Assembly (NCBI GenBank): GCA_001600815.1
Contig: BCKZ01000036.1
Coordinates: forward strand, 62,001-115,507
Direction of reading: 5' to 3'
Length of the DNA stretch: 53,507 nt
From: Alloascoidea hylecoeti
Taxonomy: Eukaryota
The notes under the pieces: model-generated
Told to the model about the DNA's origin: nothing
Database searches by the model: none
What the model saw: the letters and a program-made list of their open reading frames with translations, nothing else
Position numbers and translations under genes: made by a program
Shown here: in pieces, positions 46,540 to 53,507 of the stretch
How positions within the stretch are numbered: position 1 is the stretch's first letter
Layout: the number at the start of each line of letters is the position of its first letter

Positions 46540-47037
46540 TATATATCGGCACCCAAAAACTTCCGGAAGGAGTTGCTCTCATTATTCGAGAGAATGATGA
46601 ACAATATGTAAAAATTGTGTAAATGATTGGGAGATTTTAGTTATCCGAAAGAACAATTGAAGGTAAAATTGAGAAGGAGAGCGGACCCACGTCTAGTTGC
46701 AGTATCTGTTCCAATTCCCCTTCAGTCCACCTTATGGAAAGCAATCTAACATATTCGTACACCTATTTTTCAAATATTTTCCACTTACGAATGAAGCCTT
46801 TCCCATATTATACAGTAAAGTTAACCATGTACCCGATAGGTACAAAAATAATGGTATACTTATGGTATGCACCGGATTCAATAGGGGAACAAATAGGGAT
46901 AAAATGATTTAACACCAATTGAATTTCATAAAATGAATTCAGGCATATATAAACATAAATTTAAACCAGATAACATACAGGATCTAAATATATATAGATC
47001 TATTAATATTACATTAGCAGAGTTTGTGAATTCGAAA

Positions 47038-49049
47038 CTAAATATTTTCCAATAATGTCTCAATCATATCAATTAGCTCATATGCTTCCTCAACTGCATC
47101 ATCATCATCTTCAGTATCAAGTCGAGACTTGAGAGAATCTTTATATTGTACTAGAACTTTTGTGATACTTTGTTTACTTGTTTCATCTTTAAAAATAAGT
47201 TGATGTAATTGTCTCTCTTCAATGCCTAGCCAGCAAAGGATTACATCCAATTGTTGCAATGTGCTCAATCCTGCTTCAACTAATTCAATAAACCACTCCA
47301 TTTCAAATTCCGGTATATCGACTACCTCATCTGATACTTCAAGATCATTCTTCTTCTTTGCTATACCTTCTTCAACTTTTGATATTTTAGAGGAAATTTT
47401 TTGCTGCAGTTTAACCAATATCATTGCTTTATCATTTTTCTTTTCCAAAAACTTTCCAAGGATTCTAATTCTATTTTCCGACTCTAAAGGCAAAACTCGA
47501 AGAAAATTAAACATGATTGAAACCATTTGTTCCACCAATAAAGCATGGTCTGTTGATGAATCATATTTTTTAAATTCTTTTGATAGTAAGGAAAAGAAAG
47601 GTTTCAATCCACCAAACTCAACAAAAGATTCTGAAATTTTAACTAATGTTGGGTGAACACCTGATAAAGTATGATAAAGAATTTTAATCGCTTGCTTTTT
47701 ACCCCAATGTGTACCAGTATGCAACAATATCGATAATAATTCAATACCTTCATTTTTCACTATCTGTACCTTGCCTTCATCACATCCTAATAAAACACAT
47801 AATGAATCGATACAGTTCTCAACAAAATCTTTATCATTTCTTTTTGAGGAAGGTTCACATTCTCTGTAGCGTGCTATAATCCCTAAAATTATATCAATAG
47901 CGTTTGTTTTTGTCACAATTATATTCAATGAATCAGTATTTTCTTGTAAGATTACAAATAAAAGTTCTGCACAAAAAGTCATCAAATGTGTTAATTGTGA
48001 TATATCTTCCAATGAGTAAAACTCTTGAATATTTAATAAAAGAAAATTCGTAAAAACCGGATTCAAAATTAATTTAGAACTCATTATATCAATTGTTGCT
48101 AATAATTCACAGGTTGTAAGTATAAGTTCAAATTCTTCAGATTTAGTATCAAATTTAGTTTTCTCTTCATTTAATCTTGTTAAATGTAAAATTAAAACAT
48201 TTATAAAATCATTCTTATCTAATGCTTTGATTAACAAATCTCGATTTTCATCTTCAACTTGGATATCCTCATCTAATAATTCAGTAATAACTCGTAATGT
48301 TATGTGAGCTATATCACTATTTTTATGTTTCATTAACGAGATTAGGGTTTCAATGGCGCCTGAGGAAATAAATATTGGATATAACTGAGTGTGTTCTGCT
48401 AAGGCTGAGAATGATTTTATTATTCTATCCAATGATTCCTCGGAATCTAAAAATCTTCGGGCAAGCAAAAAAAAAAAAAAAAAAGTTAGATACTGATATT
48501 CCATCGTTCGTTATTATTTAACTTACTTTAGTGGATTATCAGAATATTTAGACCGTAACCTGATATTTTTTCCAATTGTCTCGTCTAAAGAAACAATCTG
48601 GCTCTTCAACCATGATGAATTAATAGTAAGACTCTATCACCATTGTTAAGTTAGTATTTTATTGTTAATTAGTAATCAATAAAACTATTTCATACCAAAG
48701 TCCCTAGTTTTTGTTCCTGTTTATCGATATATTCCATAATAGCTTGTTGCTGTTCAGTGAGAGTGCTCCCTTCCAACTTATTATCTTCATTATCCCCATT
48801 TATTTCTGTAGAAGATTCAACTTCAGGTGTGTTTAGTTTTGCTTGTTTATAAGATTTCACTGTTTATGGTATTGTGTTAGGGTTATTAATTTTCCACAAA
48901 TATTAGTCAGTTGTACTTACCTGTATCATAGTTAGTGGTAGCTTTCCGTTTATGAGATTCTTCCCGATTCTAAAAAAAAGTTAGCAAGTTAATTATAACC
49001 CAGAACTATGTTAGTAACAACTTACTTTGAATAACTCATTTACGTTCAT
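47038..49049 (-). CDS. CTNNBL1: Beta-catenin-like protein 1 (spliceosomal ARM protein); exons 49049-49026, 48969-48921, 48859-48696, 48633-48527, 48454-47038
   Basis: MNVNELFK, N..LRSKYSDNPLKFLDSEESLD, HKNSDIA, DFVENCIDSLC, EGIEL, GGLK, RILGKFLEK, EAGLSTLQ; four canonical introns keep frame. Confidence 0.88.
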
Positions 49050-49589
49050 CGTTGATATACAGTTTTGAAAATCTATGAGTACGCGTATTGAGTGATGCCC
49101 AAGGTATGTGTGGAGGTACTTCGTGAACAGAAAATCAAGAAACTTTAAAAAATATACACATATAGATCGTAAGGTAAAGAATATGGTAATCCCTCCTTCA
49201 AGCGCTCTATTACAGCAACTCCTCTCGCAGCTGCACTGATGTACATTTTTGGCCTTGAAATTGATATTTCTTCGATAATTTCTTTTACTGGATCCTCTGT
49301 AATACAAAAGGTGATTGCAATGATTGCCGTTACGACAGTTAAGTACGTTTCCGGCGACTTTTTCAAATTTGCAAGGAAATAAGTGATCAGGTTATGATAT
49401 GATGAGTGAGTAACTCATTTCACTTAACCTCGGCCGGATTAATGGAGGCTTCATACTAGTACATAATGAAGAAACGATTCGCCCACTCTTTTCAAACTAA
49501 AAATTGGCTATTTAGTACTTGAAACACTAAATATTCGGCTACCCATATAGGGAAATGTTTCCGCTTTAAAAATGTAGGATTCTAAAAGC

Positions 49590-50450
49590 ACGAACTAATC
49601 GATTGTTACTTTAAAAACAAATATATCATATTCAAAATTTATTTAGCTGATATGGCCAAAATTAATTAGCGCCATTTTATGAAAGTATTTAGCGATTGGA
49701 TCGAGCTACTAATTAGTGACTTCCCCGAAACTTAGCTGGTGTCATATGGGAAATGTAGTTAGCGACTTAGTTGAGAATTAATTAGTGTTCTATAAATTTT
49801 TCGTATAAATATTAAATAATAAATCGCCGTATGTGAGAAGTCTATTTCAACAAATGCACCCAGATCTTAACCGTGAGATTTCCCATCTTGAGTGTGGGTA
49901 GAAAAATCCTATATCTTCCCCTTCGGTGTATAATGAACATGTTATTATATTATAGTTGAGTATTATAATATTGGATTACTAAAACCTTCTTTAACGAAGT
50001 AATGTTGAATTACTAGCTAGAAAGTTCTATAGTGATATTTGTCTGTCCCATCTATGGATATAAATACCCTTCGTATTTCCCTTTAGTTTTAGTTCTTATA
50101 GGTTTTATAGTAATCATATAATCAAATAGTCTTAACAATAAAATTAGCTGTCACAGCTATATGGAACCTGCGGTTCTTTTATTTTAACTACTATCAAGGC
50201 ATCGTTCTTCCGTCTTCTCTTATACACGGCTAATTATTTCTCAAGTGAAACCTAATTAAATTTTAAGGATATGGCTAAATGATCTTCAACGAACTCGCAA
50301 ATTACTTTTCCCACATAAGACCAGTCAATTTTAGGAGAAATGACTAATTAGACGGATCGCTAAATACTTAATTAAGTTCCGGCAGATTAGCTAAATAATC
50401 TTCGAATTTAAGGTTTACTTGTCACCAATTAATTGTTCCACATAGCACTA
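49590..50450. repeat. Long diverged inverted repeat (arms ~49590-49912 and ~50138-50450)
   Basis: Collinear reverse-complement blocks: ATTTAGCT, AAGTATTTAGCGAT (49683) / ATCGCTAAATACTT (50356), CTAATTAGT, TGGGAAA, GTTGA, GCCGT..GAGAAG. Confidence 0.78.
49940..50137 (+). mobile_element. Possible solo LTR at centre of the inverted repeat
   Basis: TGTTA...TAACA termini, internal TATAAATA followed by pyrimidine-rich tract; no matching 5-bp TSD. Confidence 0.4.
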
Positions 50451-50614
50451 CCAATTTTCCTAGGTAATGCAAAATAATTATATACAAGATCCCTAATTAA
50501 TTATAGGGTATTCTGTTAACTGATTTACAAAAGAGGCTAATTGATTTTCGGAAATGACGCCAATAAGCGCACAATCAGATCGCTGATTAATTTAGAAAAT
50601 AATATTTATTAATA

Positions 50615-51440
50615 TGTTGAAAGACTGTACACAATACAAAATAAAAAGAATATTATTTACGGGGAAAGTATGCCAGATAGAATCACACATTAAGCCTGAA
50701 ACTAAGGGGTTGAAAAGGTTTATGAAGCATGATCGTACATTAGTGACTTAAATAGCAAGTTGCCATTTAGTTAGCTATGATATATGCGAATATTTGTCTA
50801 ATGCGTGACTAATATTTAGTATATGAAATAGTTCATAATTCTTTATCAGGGGGTATCGAATATTACTTTCATCAGGTTGCAAATATTAGACCCTCATGCT
50901 GTCGCATATTTGTTCTTCTAAATGGCCGGAAGTAAGAGAAATGATTGTACCTCCTACTAGCTACTAAGGAATTTGTTTCTTAATTTATGTTGGATATTAA
51001 GTGTAATCCACTTTTGAGCAGTACATAAAGTAAAAGCAAGCCAGTACGTGGAGGCTGGCTCTATGTATGAAAACACAAACTAAACTTTTCTGATACTCCA
51101 AAATCGCCCCACGTTGAGAGGATTTAACTTGTAAGTTACATATATCTTATAAATAGTGCCATTATGCTCACTCAGCACCAATGTTTTGCAAACTCATAAA
51201 GAACCAGAAATAATAAAAATAAACATATATTCGCAAGCTATTATGTGCATAAGGTACCTTATACTTCCTTTAAACACCAAAAACAAAATATTAAAAATGG
51301 GACGTGTCAGTGTTTCTTCTATTAAATTATACCCCAGCTCTCTTCCATGCCAAACCCCCAAATTTCCAAGCAATTATTTTGCGCTTACTGGAAACGGTAC
51401 ATTAAACAACGTCATAGCCTAACGAGTTACCTAACTCGAT
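50615..51440. mobile_element. Probable decayed LTR relics
   Basis: Two TGTTG starts (50615, 50988), TATAAATA ~51148 and AATAAA ~51218, adjacent to copia pol; right ends/TSDs not resolved. Confidence 0.3.
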
Positions 51441-51469
51441 TATAAAGACGCATGTTGTTCCATAGGTCT

Positions 51470-53507
51470 CCATCTGATGTCAAATTGGCAAATTGTATGA
51501 TCAGGATGATTAACACTTAAAGCTAACAAGGTACGTAGAGAATCATATGAAGAGACCGGTGCGTATGTTTTTAAGAAGTTTCTACCATGTACTTGTGAGT
51601 AGCCTTTGGCAACAATGCGTGCTTTGTATCTCTTGCATCCACCTTCATTTTTAATATTAAATACCCATTTTGTTTGTATTAAATCTTTTGAAATATTTGT
51701 GGAATCGTTGGGAATAATATTCATAACATTGTTTGTTTGGAGGCTTTCAAATTCACTGTTCATTGCTTCCAACTAATCATCTTTATGATCTGATTTTAAC
51801 ACATCAAAGTAAGTTTCAGGAATTAATTCACTATTATTTGCCATTAAAAGCATGGATTCATCTGAATTTGTTTGAAAATAATGCGATAGAGATTTCTCCA
51901 ATAGATTGAGGGGATCCTGATTCTGATCATTTGTGTTGACTTGTCCAATTATTGTTCCTAGGTACTATCTGTTGTTCTTAATCTGCCAAACTATCTTCCA
52001 ATGAGTCTTCACTATTTGTTGGGTTTTGAATTGTCTTAATGGTGTAACCTTTCTTTAATTTGGGTTGATGTAAGATTGGTTTGCTGATGTTTTCATTATC
52101 ACTTAATACTTCAACAGTTATANCAGATGGTGGTGATTCAACAATATAATCATTTTTCTTCTTTTCTGCAACTTCTTTCATAAATTTCTTATTGATTTTT
52201 TGTGTAATATGCTTCAATGGTGTTGAAGATACAGCTTCTTTCATTATTGTATCATTTGAAGAGTTTTTGGAGGAATTTGTTGTTATTGTATCGTTCATGT
52301 TATGTAGTGGTGAAATTGATTCATCAATGTAAACTTTAGAAGTTGTTGAATTTTCAGGATCTTCCATATCAACATCACTGTCACTTAAAACATTAAAGGA
52401 ATTTTTCTTGTTGAATGAGGGCTGATATGTGGTATTACCAATAGAAAAATCACTTGTAGTATTTGAATCCTGAATGTTTTGTTCATTTGAATTGTTTGAG
52501 TTGAGTTGATTATATGGATAAATGTTATCGATAGTTTTAAATGAACCAGATTTTGTGATAGTTCCAGTTGGTAACAGGATTTTAGCAATTTTTGAACTTT
52601 TCTCAAAACCAAGGAAGATACCATTCAGATCTTTAGTAAAGATTTTGTTTGGGAATCTTTGATAATTATAAGTNATAACCAAACAACCAAAGGCGGGAAA
52701 TGTGTCATGAGTGATACTAATGTTTCTAATTTTTTCAAATGGTGTAGTGTTATTCATAGGTCTGGTAATGGAGTTGTTAAGAAAAACACTGTAAAAGAAA
52801 GCATAAGTCCAGTAATTGTTTGGTAATTGGCTGGTTGACATCATAAGTTAAATTTTGTGTTCAATGATTGCATTTGATTTTTCAGCCGAACCGTTCATGT
52901 AACTTGAGTGTGCAGCTGAGGTTTCAAGAATTGTACCAGTGGTTTCACAATAATCAAGTATTTTTCTGATGTTGAATTCGTTGTCTGATCTTAGATGAAT
53001 GATAGTGTGACCATTTAATTTTAGCAAGTTATTGAGGCGTTTTAATAATATTATAGTTTTGTCAGATACCTCGGCTCTAGAATTTAACACATCACAAGTC
53101 ATAAATCCAGTTGCTCGATCAGTTAGAATTAAACCATATTGGGAATTGTTAGGACCAAAAATATCAACAGAGACTGAANAACCGGGAGTAGTCGGGATGT
53201 TATTAAGATTTCTTCCATGTTTTTGATAAANAACTGCAGTGCAATCCAAACATTCTTTTAATTCAGGCAATTTTAAGTTTGGGAATTGAGCTTTTAACGC
53301 CTCAGCACTAGCATGTCCATTATTGATATGTAATTGTAAGAGATCCATATCATCACTAATGTTCAATACTGTATCCTTGATAAAATCTTTTGGTTTGATT
53401 TCCCAGAGTGTGTTGTTCTTATTTGCCTTCAAAACCGTTTCTCCATTCTTGGTGATTGTTGCATGATCTTTGTTTAGATTTATATTATAGCCCATTTTGG
53501 TAAGTAA
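51470..53507 (-). mobile_element. Degenerate Ty1/copia LTR retrotransposon pol (pre-integrase zinc finger, integrase, start of RT), running off window edge
   Basis: LHINNGH...CLDC, SVDIFGP, LRSDNEF, NGSAEKSN, GIFLGF, KWVFNIK...YKARIVAKGYSQ...TYAPV; INT-before-RT order; frameshifts near 52846 and ~51965, TAG replacing W at 51773-51775, RT cut at CQFDI. Confidence 0.93.

Noticed and set aside
1..53507. tRNA, rRNA, snRNA genes and alternative CUG code
   Set aside because: No convincing T-loop/cloverleaf or rRNA signature seen by eye (tRNAscan/Infernal not run); CTG occurs at conserved Leu sites (RPF1 HLP and ELVLNN, kinase LKGH), supporting the standard code

Overview
AT-rich eukaryotic (budding-yeast, Saccharomycotina) chromosomal segment. 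CUG sits at conserved Leu positions (standard code), short GT(A)WG...YAG introns are frequent, and genes lost in S. cerevisiae (Artemis-like nuclease, CTNNBL1) are retained, pointing to an early-diverging, intron-rich yeast. About 20 housekeeping genes are recognisable (NCP1, NSE3, inositol monophosphatase, IPK1, HTD2, RPF1, MSN5, TSC3-like, Ark1/Prk1 kinase, ORC2, RPC11, Artemis-like, HEM13, GID8, YLR352W-like F-box/LRR, a Zn2Cys6 factor, TANGO2/NRDE, LDAH, CTNNBL1); several needed spliced models absent from the ORF track. Three accessory zones stand out: (1) ~8.3-11.9 kb, a 5'-truncated RIM13/palB fragment convergent with a PD-(D/E)XK-like + kinase gene (Spok/Crinkler-type architecture), carrying 11 of the 15 ambiguous bases in the window and so probably a multi-copy mobile cassette; (2) ~40-43.4 kb, a decayed pogo/Fot1 transposon head-to-head with the Zn2Cys6 gene, with a duplicated right end; (3) ~49.6-53.5 kb, a long diverged foldback inverted repeat with an LTR-like core, next to a decayed Ty1/copia element. 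All calls are from motif recognition by eye; no database searches were run.
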